A stretch of 64,000 bases of DNA from an uncultured Candidatus Saccharibacteria bacterium (GCA_964618625.1 CAZUBI010000001.1:65940-129939), one strand, 5' to 3'; positions 20,306 to 30,880 are shown, numbered from the stretch's first letter. Program-made: numbers and translations. The notes: generated by a model from the sequence alone, not told the origin.

Positions 20306-20863
20306 TTATCTCTTACTCCACTGTGCAGCCTTTCTAGCCTTTTTCAAACCATATTTCTTTCTTTCTACAACACGGGCATCACGTGTTAAAAATCCTGCTT
20401 TTCTTAAGGCGGGCTTTAATTTTTCATCAATTTTTATTAAACAACGGCTAATTCCCAATCTAATAGCTTCAGCTTGACCGGTAATTCCACCTCCTTTTAC
20501 TTTTATTGAAACAAAAAAACTATTCTCTAAATTAGTTGTTTTAAAAGGATCTAATATCTTCTTGTGGTAATCCTGCAAAGAAAAATATTCTTCCATTGTT
20601 TTTTCATTAATAACAAAACCTGGTTTGTCTTTAATAAGCCTTACACGAGCTACAGCTTCTTTTCTTCTGCCAATAGCTTCAATATATCTTTTCTTTACTT
20701 CTCTCTTTGCTTCTTTTTTCACTTCTTTTTTTACCTTTCTCTTCGTTTCTTTCTTCGCTGTTTTCTTTATCTCTTTCTTTGCAGATGTTGTTTTTTTTAC
20801 CTGCCTAAGTTTTCTTTCAGAAAATTTTGGTAGGTGAATTTTTTTCTCTTTTTTAACTACCAT
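20306..20863 (-). CDS. rpsI: 30S ribosomal protein S9 with Lys-rich N-extension
   Basis: GRRKEAVARV, GGGITGQAEAIRLG, ERKKYGLKKARKA.QWSKR. Confidence 0.97.
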   Translation of the reverse strand: MVVKKEKKIHLPKFSERKLRQVKKTTSAKKEIKKTAKKETKRKVKKEVKKEAKREVKKRYIEAIGRRKEAVARVRLIKDKPGFVINEKTMEEYFSLQDYHKKILDPFKTTNLENSFFVSIKVKGGGITGQAEAIRLGISRCLIKIDEKLKPALRKAGFLTRDARVVERKKYGLKKARKAAQWSKR

Positions 20864-20898
20864 ACCTTACAAATTTTTAATTATTTAATTATTTCTTT

Positions 20899-21261
20899 TT
20901 ACAAATTTATTTCTAATCTTTTTAGTCTTTTATCTCTAAGTTTATTTTTAGGCAACATGCCCCTAACGGCCATCCTAAGAACTTTTACTGGATCTTTTTC
21001 CCACATGTCAGATAACTTTGTTTCTCTTAAATGCCCTATATAGCCAGTATGTTTATAATAAATCTTTGTTCTTAATTTTGTCTCCTTGAATGGTTTTATC
21101 TTGCTAAGATTTTCTATTACAACAATAGTATCTCCAACTTTATTTGGGGCATATTGAGCTTTGTGTTTATCTTGAAGTAAAACAGCAATCCTAGAAGCAA
21201 CTCTTCCTAAAGATTGCCCTTCCATATCTATTGTAACAATATTTTTATTCTCTTTTTCCAT
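20899..21261 (-). CDS. rplM: 50S ribosomal protein L13
   Basis: LGRVASRIA, YYKHTGYIG, VRGMLPKNKL. Confidence 0.96.
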   Translation of the reverse strand: MEKENKNIVTIDMEGQSLGRVASRIAVLLQDKHKAQYAPNKVGDTIVVIENLSKIKPFKETKLRTKIYYKHTGYIGHLRETKLSDMWEKDPVKVLRMAVRGMLPKNKLRDKRLKRLEINL

Positions 21262-21268
21262 TTACTCT

Positions 21269-21643
21269 TTATTTATTTACTGCCTTTTGTTCTTTAACAA
21301 ATTCTAATATCACTAAAGGCGAAGCATCCCTAACCTTTTTTATTGAAGTTTTAATAATTCTGGTGTATCCGCCCTTTCTATCTTTATACAATGGAGCAAT
21401 TTCATAATATAGTTTATTAGCTGCTTTTTCTGGTAAATTCTCTTTAACCTTCCTTAGGGCAATCAGATTTTGCTTTTTGGCAATAGTTATTAACTTCTCT
21501 ACTTTAGTTCTTGCCTCTTTAGCTTTTACTGAAGTAGTTTTAATCCTTTCCTGTAATATTAAATTAGCAGCTAAACCTTTTAAAAGAGCTTTTCGTTGAC
21601 CTGTCTTTCTATGAAGTTTTTTCCCTTTTTTTAAATGTCTCAT
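21269..21643 (-). CDS. rplQ: 50S ribosomal protein L17
   Basis: MRHLKKGKKL, RKGGYTRIIK. Confidence 0.96.
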   Translation of the reverse strand: MRHLKKGKKLHRKTGQRKALLKGLAANLILQERIKTTSVKAKEARTKVEKLITIAKKQNLIALRKVKENLPEKAANKLYYEIAPLYKDRKGGYTRIIKTSIKKVRDASPLVILEFVKEQKAVNK

Positions 21644-21697
21644 CTGTATTTTATTTTTTAATTTTGAAACAATAATCTAAACATCGTATCCTTGTAT

Positions 21698-21779
21698 ATA
21701 GCTTAAAGGCGAATGTGATTGTTGAGAAAAACTATAGCGATTAGCGTGTTTTTGAGACAATCACATAAACCTTTGCTAT
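21698..21779 (+). repeat. family A element, copy 3
   Basis: Core match; ATGTGATTGT/ACAATCACAT arms; after rpoA stop. Confidence 0.9.
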
Positions 21780-21788
21780 TTGTTTCTC

Positions 21789-22715
21789 TTATTTAAGTGT
21801 GTACTTTAGATTTTTAAGAATTGCTTTTATTTCTTCCAATGACTTTTTACCTAAACCATCCATGGTTGATAAATTTTCTTCGTTATATCTCAATAAGCCG
21901 GCTAAAGTCTTCACGCCATTATTTGTTAAAGCCTTTTTTGTTCGAGAACCCAAATCCAAATCTTTTATAAAAATGTCTTTTGGTGCTTTGCCTCCCTTTT
22001 TTGAAACAGCCTTTTTTTCTTCTGTAAATTCTGGAACAAATTTTTCTTCAATATTAATAAAATGATCTTTTAAAATCGTGGATGTTTTATTTAATACTTC
22101 TTTCGGAGAAACAGAACCATCTGTTTCAATTGAAATAATTAAACGATTGTAATCAGTTTTTTCTCCAACCCTCATATTTTCTACTTGAAAATTAACTCGT
22201 CGTACAGGAGAAAAGATAGCATCAACAGCAATAGTACCTATTGGTATCTTATCTTCCTTGCGCTCTTCTACCTGTGAATAACCTAATCCTTTTTCTACCA
22301 CTACCTCCATTTCTATTTTGCCTTTTTTATCTGTAATGGCTGTAATATATAAATCAGGGTTCATTACATCCACCATAGAATTAGCTTCAAAATCTTTGGC
22401 ATATACCTTTTTTTCACCTTCAACCTTTAATTTTAAAACCTGAGGTTCGTTACTATACAGTTTTACTCTTAGTTGTTTCAAATTAAGCATTATGTCCAAA
22501 ACTGTATCAGAGACATAATTAATAGTAGAAAATTCATGATGAACTCCTTTAATTTTAAAAGATGTCACTGCCGCGCCTTCTATAGAAGAAAGGAGAACCC
22601 GCCTTAAGGCATTGCCAATAGTTACTCCGTAACCAGGATATAGCCCTTCAATTTCAAATTTTCCATAGTTCTTTTCTTGCTCAATGATTTTTATTGAAGA
22701 AGGTAAATGAAACAT
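21789..22715 (-). CDS. rpoA: RNA polymerase alpha subunit
   Basis: GYGVTIGNALRRVLLSS, DAIFSPV, alpha-CTD. Confidence 0.97.
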   Translation of the reverse strand: MFHLPSSIKIIEQEKNYGKFEIEGLYPGYGVTIGNALRRVLLSSIEGAAVTSFKIKGVHHEFSTINYVSDTVLDIMLNLKQLRVKLYSNEPQVLKLKVEGEKKVYAKDFEANSMVDVMNPDLYITAITDKKGKIEMEVVVEKGLGYSQVEERKEDKIPIGTIAVDAIFSPVRRVNFQVENMRVGEKTDYNRLIISIETDGSVSPKEVLNKTSTILKDHFINIEEKFVPEFTEEKKAVSKKGGKAPKDIFIKDLDLGSRTKKALTNNGVKTLAGLLRYNEENLSTMDGLGKKSLEEIKAILKNLKYTLK

Positions 22716-22768
22716 GATATTAATATAATTTTTAATTTTGTAATTTTTAATTTTAAATCAAATTAATA

Positions 22769-23386
22769 CTATCTGCTATAAAATTCTACAATTGAAGTGA
22801 AATCAAAAGGCAATTGTAATTCTTCTAAATCTGGATCTGCCATAACTTTTCCTTCCATTTTATTCATATCTAATTTAAGATGCTTTGGAGGGCTATATTT
22901 TTTTAATCTTTCTTTAATATCTTTAAAAGGCGCTTTGCTACTACTCTGTGGCCTGATAGAAATAACGTCCTCTTTTTTCACAATTGTAGAAGAAATATTA
23001 TGTTTTCGTCCGTTTAAGCAAAAATGTCCATGGCTTACCAAGTGCCTAGCCATAGTTCTAGAAATAGTAAATCCTAAACGAAACACTGTATTATCAAAAC
23101 GATTTTCTATTAATTGAGCAAAAGCTTCTGGAGTAGAAATTTTCTTTTTTAACGCCATTTTAAAATATCTTCTAAATTGTTTTTCCCTCATTCCATAAGC
23201 TAACTTTACCTTTTGTTTTTCTAATAACTGTTTGCCATAAGAAGTTAACGTTTTTCTTCTTCTCCTTTTTCCTAAAACCCTAAATCCCCTTCTTATTAAG
23301 GCGCATTTGGGAGTAAAGCATCTTTCTCCTTTTAAAAACAGTTTCTCTCCAACTGCCCTACATTTTTTACATTTATCATCCAACAT
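22769..23386 (-). CDS. rpsD: 30S ribosomal protein S4
   Basis: CKKCR..GEKLFLKGERC; ARHLVSHGH; VEFYSR. Confidence 0.97.
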   Translation of the reverse strand: MLDDKCKKCRAVGEKLFLKGERCFTPKCALIRRGFRVLGKRRRRKTLTSYGKQLLEKQKVKLAYGMREKQFRRYFKMALKKKISTPEAFAQLIENRFDNTVFRLGFTISRTMARHLVSHGHFCLNGRKHNISSTIVKKEDVISIRPQSSSKAPFKDIKERLKKYSPPKHLKLDMNKMEGKVMADPDLEELQLPFDFTSIVEFYSR

Positions 23387-23455
23387 ACTATTATATAATT
23401 TTTAGTTTCCAGTTTTTAATTTTTTAACAAATCTTAAATTCTACTTTTAAATAAT

Positions 23456-23523
23456 AAGGTTCGGAAATGTTGTTGAGAAAACCATAGCGATTAGCGTGTT
23501 TTAAAACAATATTCCGAATCTTT
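23456..23523 (+). repeat. family A element, copy 4
   Basis: Core match; AAGGTTCGGAA/TTCCGAATCTT arms; abuts rpsK stop. Confidence 0.9.
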
Positions 23524-23524
23524 G

Positions 23525-23968
23525 CTATACTCTTCTCACCTTTGGAGGACGTGGTCCATTATGAGGCATTGGCGTTATATCTTTTATTAAAAGAATATCA
23601 AGCCCATGATTAGCTAAAGAACGAATTGCTGTTTCTCTCCCACCACCAATCCCCTTTACATAAATTTCTACAGTTTTTAATCCAATCTTCTTTGTTTTTT
23701 CCATTAAAACAGACACTACTTTTGACGCAGCAAAAGGAGTTGCCTTCTTAGGTCCCTTAAATCCTAAAGATCCGGCTGAAGACCAGGCAATAAGACCACC
23801 TTTTAGATCAGTAAGTGATACAGATGTATTATTATAGGAAGCGCGAATATAAATTCTCCCTGTTTCTAAATGTTTCTTAGAAGAGGCTTTAGCTTTAATA
23901 GAAGATGCTTTTTCTTCTATTTTACTAATATCTTCTCCGGATTTAGTAATAACTCTCTTTTTGCCCAT
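23525..23968 (-). CDS. rpsK: 30S ribosomal protein S11
   Basis: ASYNNT, KKATPFAA, DITPMPHNG. Confidence 0.97.
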   Translation of the reverse strand: MGKKRVITKSGEDISKIEEKASSIKAKASSKKHLETGRIYIRASYNNTSVSLTDLKGGLIAWSSAGSLGFKGPKKATPFAASKVVSVLMEKTKKIGLKTVEIYVKGIGGGRETAIRSLANHGLDILLIKDITPMPHNGPRPPKVRRV

Positions 23969-23993
23969 ATCCCAAAATTAAAAATTATTAATC

Positions 23994-24386
23994 TTACTTT
24001 GCTGTTGGGGCTTTCTTTTTCCCAGAACCAACTGTTCTTCGTACATTTCCTCTTACTGTACGAGAATTTGTTTTTGTCCTTTGCCCCCTTAATGGCAATC
24101 TTTTTACATGCCTTATTCCACGATAAGAATTAATATTTATAAGACGTTTTATATTTGATCTAACTTTTCTTCTTAAATCACCCTCTGTGTTTATTTTATT
24201 TTTTTCTATTAATTCCCTTAAAGAATTTAATTCGGAAACACTTAAATCTTTTGTCTTTTTTTGAAAATCAATATTAGCTTCTTTTAAAAGCTTCTCTGAT
24301 GAAGAACGCCCTATTCCATAAATGTATGTAAGGGCAATATTTATATTTTTATCATCTGGTATATTTATACCTAAAAAACGAGTCAT
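23994..24386 (-). CDS. rpsM: 30S ribosomal protein S13
   Basis: ALTYIYGIG, YRGIRH..LPLRGQRTKTN. Confidence 0.97.
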   Translation of the reverse strand: MTRFLGINIPDDKNINIALTYIYGIGRSSSEKLLKEANIDFQKKTKDLSVSELNSLRELIEKNKINTEGDLRRKVRSNIKRLININSYRGIRHVKRLPLRGQRTKTNSRTVRGNVRRTVGSGKKKAPTAK

Positions 24387-24415
24387 TAAATTAATTCAAT
24401 TAATTTTAAAATCTA

Positions 24416-24490
24416 AAGGGTGAAAGGTAGTTGTTGAAGAAACCATAGCGATTAGCGTGTTTATGAAACAATCATCCGAGCCTCATCCTT
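24416..24490 (+). repeat. family A element, copy 5 (degenerate arms)
   Basis: Core TTGTTGAAGAAACCATAGCGATTAGCGTGTTTATGAAACAA; touches rpmJ stop. Confidence 0.85.
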
Positions 24491-24596
24491 GTCGCTGTTT
24501 GTGTTTAGGATTTTGACAAATAACATACACACGACCTTTTCGTCGGACTATCTTGCAATTTCTACAAATTTTTTTTACTGATGCTCTAACTTTCAT
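24483..24596 (-). CDS. rpmJ: 50S ribosomal protein L36 (not in ORF track)
   Basis: [37 protein letters not shown]. Confidence 0.97.
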   Translation of the reverse strand: MKVRASVKKICRNCKIVRRKGRVYVICQNPKHKQRQG

Positions 24597-24616
24597 ATAT
24601 TAAAAATAAAATCGGT

Positions 24617-24838
24617 TTACAGCCGATAAACAATGCGACCACGGCTAGAATCATATGGTGATAGTTCTACTACGACTCTATCACCTGGAAGAATTTTAAT
24701 GTGATGAAGACGAAGCTTACCAGCTAAATGAGCTAAAATTTCTTTATCGCCTCCATCTAAACGCACTCTAAATATTGCATTGCGCAAAGATTCAGTTATA
24801 ATTCCTTCTTTGCGATCAGCTTCTTTTTTCTGTACCAT
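24617..24838 (-). CDS. infA: translation initiation factor IF-1
   Basis: [32 protein letters not shown]. Confidence 0.96.
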   Translation of the reverse strand: MVQKKEADRKEGIITESLRNAIFRVRLDGGDKEILAHLAGKLRLHHIKILPGDRVVVELSPYDSSRGRIVYRL

Positions 24839-24870
24839 AAAGCGTTATTAGTTTATCAGAATAACTAATT

Positions 24871-26268
24871 TTAGTCAATAAAAAGGTTGATTTTGTCTAA
24901 AGAATTTGGAACTTTTCTTATCCACAATGGCCGAAGTTTTACTTCTACATCTTTTATCCCAGGATTAGCCTCAAAAATCTGATTTAACTCCTTTTTATCT
25001 TTTCCAACAACAAGTTGCTTTATTTCCTCCAAAGATAATTTATGACACACAACTTGATTTGTTTTAATTGACATTCTCATCGTACCTTTACTAAAGTCTG
25101 TTTTTAATTCTAAATATTCTAATTCTGGCTTTTGACAATAATGATAATTTTCATCCTTGTCTTTTTCGAGAATTCCTTGTATGTATTCAATCATACTATC
25201 TTCATCGAACGCAATAACTTTAATTTCACCTTCAACACTAACTGAAAACTTTTCACGATAATCTCCAATACTGGCATCACTACTCAAATTAGTGAGATTT
25301 ATACTGCTTTTTGCTCCTGGTAATACTTTTAATTCTTTTGGTTTTTTTGGCATTTTATTTTCTAAATCCTGATTAATAGAATCCATAACTTTTTCAAAAA
25401 TAATTTCTTCTGCCCCTTTTAAGTCTTCTGAAGTTACCAAAGGAACTGAAGCAAAAGCCCCTCCTGTCATCGCTTTAGTAGAAGCACCATAAAAGCCATC
25501 AAATTTTGATGTTCCTTCAAATCCTGGAATAGTAAATTTACAATCAGGCAAATTACAAACTTCTATATTATAATCAGTTCCTGATTTATCTGCAGTAACT
25601 TTTACATCAATCGTAGATCGTACAAGTTTTCCATTTTTAGTAGTAGCTCCTGGAATAACAATACGGGAATCTAAGCGAAATATCTTATGATCAGGTGTTT
25701 CAAAACGGGTTGTAGCTACCAAAATTTGAGGAGAAGTTGAGTAATTATTATATATAGTAATTATTCCTTTGGCTTTTCTTTCGTCTTTGCCCTGTCCAGA
25801 ACTTGAAAATTCTTGCGTCTCTTCTGCTTTAAAAACAAATGAATTTCCAGGAATTATTGCTTTATTAAAGTCTATTGAGGAAACACTTGTATCTACCAAA
25901 ACAACGCCTGAAAAAGGCATTTCTATCTTCTTTGTAGTGATATTAATTTCCGCCTTAGCTAAAAATACAAACCCTAAATAATAAAAGGCAACCAAAGAAA
26001 AAAATACACCAAGAAGAATTATAGTCTTTTTATTAATCGCCATCTTCTTCTTTGCCCATTTTTCTTTAAAACCAGAATTAATCACCGTTATACTCTCTTC
26101 ACTTTCTGTTTTAGTATCTTCAATCTTTCTCTCTTGCTGTAATTTATCGGCCAAATGAATTGGGATTTCTTTTTCCTCAACTTCTTTTTTGCCAGACGAA
26201 TAATTATTTAATTCGTGTGGAAAAAAGATATCTTTAACTTTTCTTTTCTTTTTTTGAGAATTTTCCAT
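24871..26268 (-). CDS. conserved CPR membrane-anchored protein (baseplate-J-like region)
   Basis: One TM; KAKGIITIYN...L.ATTRF...GTDYNI...FTIPG...MTGG. Confidence 0.6.
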   Translation of the reverse strand: MENSQKKKRKVKDIFFPHELNNYSSGKKEVEEKEIPIHLADKLQQERKIEDTKTESEESITVINSGFKEKWAKKKMAINKKTIILLGVFFSLVAFYYLGFVFLAKAEINITTKKIEMPFSGVVLVDTSVSSIDFNKAIIPGNSFVFKAEETQEFSSSGQGKDERKAKGIITIYNNYSTSPQILVATTRFETPDHKIFRLDSRIVIPGATTKNGKLVRSTIDVKVTADKSGTDYNIEVCNLPDCKFTIPGFEGTSKFDGFYGASTKAMTGGAFASVPLVTSEDLKGAEEIIFEKVMDSINQDLENKMPKKPKELKVLPGAKSSINLTNLSSDASIGDYREKFSVSVEGEIKVIAFDEDSMIEYIQGILEKDKDENYHYCQKPELEYLELKTDFSKGTMRMSIKTNQVVCHKLSLEEIKQLVVGKDKKELNQIFEANPGIKDVEVKLRPLWIRKVPNSLDKINLFID

Positions 26269-26324
26269 TATTATATATTGTTTTTTAGTATATCATAAAA
26301 AAGTAATTTATTCTATCACAATCT

Positions 26325-28196
26325 CTATTCTAAAACAGCCTTAATCCTTCTAACTCCTGCCCCTGACGACTCTTCTTTAATAATCTTAAAATGACCAAGT
26401 TTACCAGTAAATTTTACGTGTGGACCACCACAAATTTCTTTTGAAAAAGAATTATCTTTTTCTCCAATAGTATAAACTTTTACCTTCTCTCCATACTTTG
26501 ACTCAAAAACACCTACTGCTCCTTGCTTTTTAGCGTCTTTCAATAATATTTTTTCTGAAAACACCGGCAAATTATTTTGAATTGCTTCATTTACAATTTT
26601 TTCCACCTTAGCTTTTTGTTCAGGAATAAGTTTTTCAGTATGAGAAAAATCAAAACGAAGACGCTCAGCAGTAATATTTGATCCTTTTTGTTCTACATGA
26701 TCCCCTAACACCTTTCTTAAAGCAGATAGAAGAAGATGGCAAGCAGTATGAAATTTTTTAGTTTTATCAGAAACATCAGCTAATCCACCTTTAAATTTAC
26801 CAGCAGTAGCAGTTCGAGAAAGTTCTTGATGCTTAATCAATGCTTCTTTGAACTTTTCTGGATTCTTTATTTCAATATTAAATTTAAGTAATTCTTCTTC
26901 GGTCATTTCAAAAGGAAATCCATAGGTTTGATATAAATCAAAAGCTATTGTTCCTGTTATTTCTTTTCCACTACTCTTATATTTCCCTAATTCTTTTAAT
27001 CCTTTTTCTAATGTTTTATTGAATTTAATTTCTTCTTTTTCTAAATTATTCGTTATAAATTCAAGATTATGGATTAATTCGGGGTAAATTGATTTATAAT
27101 CATTAACTATAACTTTTGCTATCTCTTGAACCCAGGATTTCTGTTGAATACCTATTTGCCAACCATAACGTATAGCCCTTCTAATCAATCGACGAACTAT
27201 ATATCCCTGATCAATATTGGATGGAATAATGCCTTTATCATCACCCATGATAAAAGTCACAGCTCTTAAATGATCCGCAATAATCTCAAAAGACTGCATA
27301 TTATCTTCATATTTTAATCCTGACAATTCCTGAATTTTTTTTATAATATTAATGAATAAATCTGTTCTAAAAATATTATCCTTGTCTTGCGATACCATAA
27401 TAATTCGTTCTAACCCACCACCAAAATCTACATTTTTTTGTGGCAAGGATTCAAATCCTTTTTCAGAGCGAATGAACTCTATAAAAACGCTATTGCCAAT
27501 TTCAACAAAACGTCCGCAACCGCAATTAATATGGCAAGGTTGATCTCGCCATTTAGAATTTTCGTGGCGTTTTAATTCTTCTCCTAGATCATAAAAAACT
27601 TCACTATCTGGCCCTCCAATTTCTCCAACTGGCATATTGGCCGGAACTCCTGAACGCGACCACCAGTTTTTAATTTCGCTATAATAAAAAATGCGACCGC
27701 CTTGAAGTCCATATTTTTCAGACTCATCTACATCATTAGCTTCAATACCAACTCTTTTAAAAATATCTTTCCATGTCTGAACAGATTCTAAATCTTTATT
27801 AATACCAATCTTTTTGTTGCCTCGAAAAATAGATACATAAATTCTTTTAGGATCTAATTTTATTTCATCAACTAAAAACTCAAATAACCAATTCAATTGT
27901 TCTTTTTTAAAATAATCGCCTAATGACCAATTGCCTAACATTTCAAAGAATGTAGTATGTTGATTATCACCTACTTCTTCAATGTCTTCAGCCCGAAATG
28001 ATTTTTGGACATTTACTAATCGTTTGCCTTTGGGATGAGATTCACCCATTAAATACGGAACTAAAGGCTGCATTCCTGAACCAGTAAACAATGTTGTTGA
28101 ATCATTTTCTGGGATTAAAGAAGAAGATGGGATTATTTTATGACCCCTTTCTTCAAAAAACTTTAAAAATCTTTCTCGTAATTCTTTTGAATCCAT
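26325..28196 (-). CDS. alaS: alanine--tRNA ligase (short form lacking C-Ala domain)
   Basis: HTTFFEMLGNWSLGDYFK, HTACHLL, EICGGPHV, GVRRIKAV. Confidence 0.96.
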   Translation of the reverse strand: MDSKELRERFLKFFEERGHKIIPSSSLIPENDSTTLFTGSGMQPLVPYLMGESHPKGKRLVNVQKSFRAEDIEEVGDNQHTTFFEMLGNWSLGDYFKKEQLNWLFEFLVDEIKLDPKRIYVSIFRGNKKIGINKDLESVQTWKDIFKRVGIEANDVDESEKYGLQGGRIFYYSEIKNWWSRSGVPANMPVGEIGGPDSEVFYDLGEELKRHENSKWRDQPCHINCGCGRFVEIGNSVFIEFIRSEKGFESLPQKNVDFGGGLERIIMVSQDKDNIFRTDLFINIIKKIQELSGLKYEDNMQSFEIIADHLRAVTFIMGDDKGIIPSNIDQGYIVRRLIRRAIRYGWQIGIQQKSWVQEIAKVIVNDYKSIYPELIHNLEFITNNLEKEEIKFNKTLEKGLKELGKYKSSGKEITGTIAFDLYQTYGFPFEMTEEELLKFNIEIKNPEKFKEALIKHQELSRTATAGKFKGGLADVSDKTKKFHTACHLLLSALRKVLGDHVEQKGSNITAERLRFDFSHTEKLIPEQKAKVEKIVNEAIQNNLPVFSEKILLKDAKKQGAVGVFESKYGEKVKVYTIGEKDNSFSKEICGGPHVKFTGKLGHFKIIKEESSGAGVRRIKAVLE

Positions 28197-28222
28197 AAAT
28201 TTACGATGTCCGACGTCGTTAA

Positions 28223-29569
28223 TTATAAGTATCCTTGTTCTTTTAATACTTCCCTTACTACTTGCCTGTCATCAAAAGGCACTGTTTTAACCCCATAATC
28301 CATTGTTTGTTCATTGCCGCGGCCTAAAATTACTATTAGATCTCCATTATTAGCCTGTTTTATTGCTTCTTGAATTGCTTGTTTTCTATTTGAGAAAGAC
28401 AAATATTTATTTGAAGGAATATTTTTCCCCCTCACAAAATTTAAAAAATCATCAATACTTTTTTGAGGAGATTCTTCCTGAGGATCATCTTCTGTAATAA
28501 TAGTAATATCAAAAAAATTGGTTGCTATTTCTGCCAGTTTTTCCCTTTCTTTTAACGGACTTTCCCCAAAGTTTCCATAAACAGCAATTTTCTTTTTGGG
28601 ATTTAAAATTTTAATAAAATCTATTATACCACAAAAGGCTGCTGGTGTATTCGCTTTATCTACAATTATGGAAAAATGCTGTTTGCCATTTATATACTCT
28701 AATCGCCCTGGAATCTTTTTTAAACTTTCTAATCCCTTCTTTAATTTTTCAATGGAAAAAGAAAATCCATAAACAGCGCCAACAGCTGCTAAAGCATTAA
28801 GAATATTAAAAAGCCCGGGTAAAGGTAAATTAATAGAAAAAGAATTATCATTGCAATGAATAACCGCTTTATTTTCTGTTTTGGTAATTTCTTTTATGTC
28901 CATCCATAAATCGCAGGTTTTATCAATACCAAATTTTAGAACTTGAGCTTGCGTGTTCTTGGCAAATAAATCAAAATACTCGCTTTCTTTTGGCAAAACA
29001 GCAATTGATGTTGTTTTTAAATTACGGAATAATTTTAATTTTGCAGAAACATAATTATTCATATTACCATGCAGGGTAATATGGTGATTGTAAGAAATAT
29101 TAGTTAAAACTGCTGCTGAGAAATTTAATCCATAAACTCGTTCATACATTAAACCAAATGAAGCAACTTCAATTACTACAGCTTTTAAGCCTTTCTTTAC
29201 CATCTTTCTTAGCAAATAGTGAAGGAAAAACGGATCAGGTGTAGTACCTGGCGCTTTCAAACTTTTTTTTGCCATCTTTTTCAGTAAGTAATAAAGAAAA
29301 AATAGATCAGGCGTAGTACCCAACGCATAAGCTTCTGGATGTATCACTTCTTCTCCAATGTAATAACCTGCAGTACTAATTAATCCCGTCTTTATACCAT
29401 TAACCTCTAATATATTCCTAATCATAAAAGCTGTTGTGGTCTTGCCAGTGGTTCCTGTAATACCAATGATCGTAAGATGACGCCCTGGAAAACCAAATCT
29501 CAAAGCAGCCAAAAAAGCAATCATCTTTCGCAATAAGCTATTTCTTTTTATTTTTTCCAATAAATTCAT
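28223..29569 (-). CDS. murE: Mur ligase, MurE type
   Basis: GITGTTGKTTT, IPGRLE, ILGRGNE...FDDR. Confidence 0.85.
   Translation of the reverse strand: MNLLEKIKRNSLLRKMIAFLAALRFGFPGRHLTIIGITGTTGKTTTAFMIRNILEVNGIKTGLISTAGYYIGEEVIHPEAYALGTTPDLFFLYYLLKKMAKKSLKAPGTTPDPFFLHYLLRKMVKKGLKAVVIEVASFGLMYERVYGLNFSAAVLTNISYNHHITLHGNMNNYVSAKLKLFRNLKTTSIAVLPKESEYFDLFAKNTQAQVLKFGIDKTCDLWMDIKEITKTENKAVIHCNDNSFSINLPLPGLFNILNALAAVGAVYGFSFSIEKLKKGLESLKKIPGRLEYINGKQHFSIIVDKANTPAAFCGIIDFIKILNPKKKIAVYGNFGESPLKEREKLAEIATNFFDITIITEDDPQEESPQKSIDDFLNFVRGKNIPSNKYLSFSNRKQAIQEAIKQANNGDLIVILGRGNEQTMDYGVKTVPFDDRQVVREVLKEQGYL
29181..29320 (-). repeat. 72-bp tandem duplication inside murE
   Basis: GTTPDLFFLYYLLKKMAKKSLKA / GTTPDPFFLHYLLRKMVKKGLKA. 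Confidence 0.9.
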
Positions 29570-29571
29570 AT

Positions 29572-30879
29572 TTACTTTAAAAACTCTTTTAGCCTATCAG
29601 ACTGAGAATGCTCTTTGAGTTTTTCTAAGGTTTTAGCTTCAATCTGTCTAATTCTTTCTCGAGTCACACCAAAAGATTTTCCTACTTCTTCTAATGTATG
29701 GGTGATTTCATCTTTCAAGCCAAACCTCATTTTTATAATCTCTCTTTCTCTTTCAGATAATTCACTCATAATTTTTTCTAATTCGATTTTTAACAATTCT
29801 CTTGCAGCATGGCTATCAGGAGTTATGGCTTTCGTATCTGAAATAAAATCTCCTAACTGGCTGCCGCCATCTTCATCCCCTACTGGTTGATTTAATGATG
29901 AAGTGCTTTGAGAAATTTTCATAAGGTAAAGAACTTCTTCAACTTCTTTCCCCATTTCAGAAGCTATTTCTTCTGGTAAAGGATCCCTTCCCAATGTTTG
30001 AGCCAATGCCCTTCTTGTTTTTAAATATTTGGTAATTGTTTCAACCATATGTACGGGGATACGAATCGTCCGTCCTTGATCAGCTAAAGCCCGTGTAATC
30101 GCTTGTCTAATCCACCAAGTGGCATAAGTGGAAAATTTAAAACCTTTCTTGTAATCAAATTTATCAACTGCTTTAGAAAGACCGATATTGCCTTCCTGAA
30201 TCAAATCCAATAAGCCCAAATTTCTGCTTCGGCCGATATAACGTTTGGCAATAGAAACTACTAAACGGAGATTAGCTTCAATCATCTTCCGTCTTGCTTG
30301 TTCATCTCCACTATCTACTTTTTTTGCTAATTCCCTTTCTTCCTCAGCAGTTAAAAGAGAAACTTTTCCTATCTCCCTAAGATATGACTGAACTGCCCCA
30401 GATAATACCCTAGAACTTGAAACCCTTAAAGCATCTTCTAATTCTTTATCAGAAACTTCTTTTTTTGGTATCAATAAGTCCCCACTTTCTACTACTTCAA
30501 TATTAACTTCGGCTAATGCATCATAAAGTTTTTCTAAGAGATTAATATCTGCTTCAATGCGTGGAAAATATTTTAAAATCTCATCTTGAGTAATAAATCC
30601 TCGCGATTTACCCCTTTCAATTAATATCCCTATCTTTTCTTGTATTTTCTCTTTTTTGGACTGTTGCCCTTTTTTCTTAATATTCTTGATCTTCTTGCTA
30701 CCCTTAATCTTCCTAATTTTTTTGATTTTCCTCACTTTCCTTACTTTTTTTGTTTTCTTAATGATTTTTACTTCCCTTTTCTTCTTTACAACTTTCACCT
30801 TTTTTGCTCGCCTCACTGAAATTTTAGCAAGGCGGGTTTTTCCTTTTTTGACTTTTTTCTTTTTGTTTCTTTTAATCAT
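29572..30879 (-). CDS. rpoD: primary sigma factor with very basic N-extension
   Basis: [43 protein letters not shown]. Confidence 0.97.
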   Translation of the reverse strand: MIKRNKKKKVKKGKTRLAKISVRRAKKVKVVKKKREVKIIKKTKKVRKVRKIKKIRKIKGSKKIKNIKKKGQQSKKEKIQEKIGILIERGKSRGFITQDEILKYFPRIEADINLLEKLYDALAEVNIEVVESGDLLIPKKEVSDKELEDALRVSSSRVLSGAVQSYLREIGKVSLLTAEEERELAKKVDSGDEQARRKMIEANLRLVVSIAKRYIGRSRNLGLLDLIQEGNIGLSKAVDKFDYKKGFKFSTYATWWIRQAITRALADQGRTIRIPVHMVETITKYLKTRRALAQTLGRDPLPEEIASEMGKEVEEVLYLMKISQSTSSLNQPVGDEDGGSQLGDFISDTKAITPDSHAARELLKIELEKIMSELSEREREIIKMRFGLKDEITHTLEEVGKSFGVTRERIRQIEAKTLEKLKEHSQSDRLKEFLK

Positions 30880-30880
30880 A

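Noticed and set aside
24871-26268. Phage baseplate gene
   Set aside because: TM-anchored, isolated among core genes, no other virion genes.
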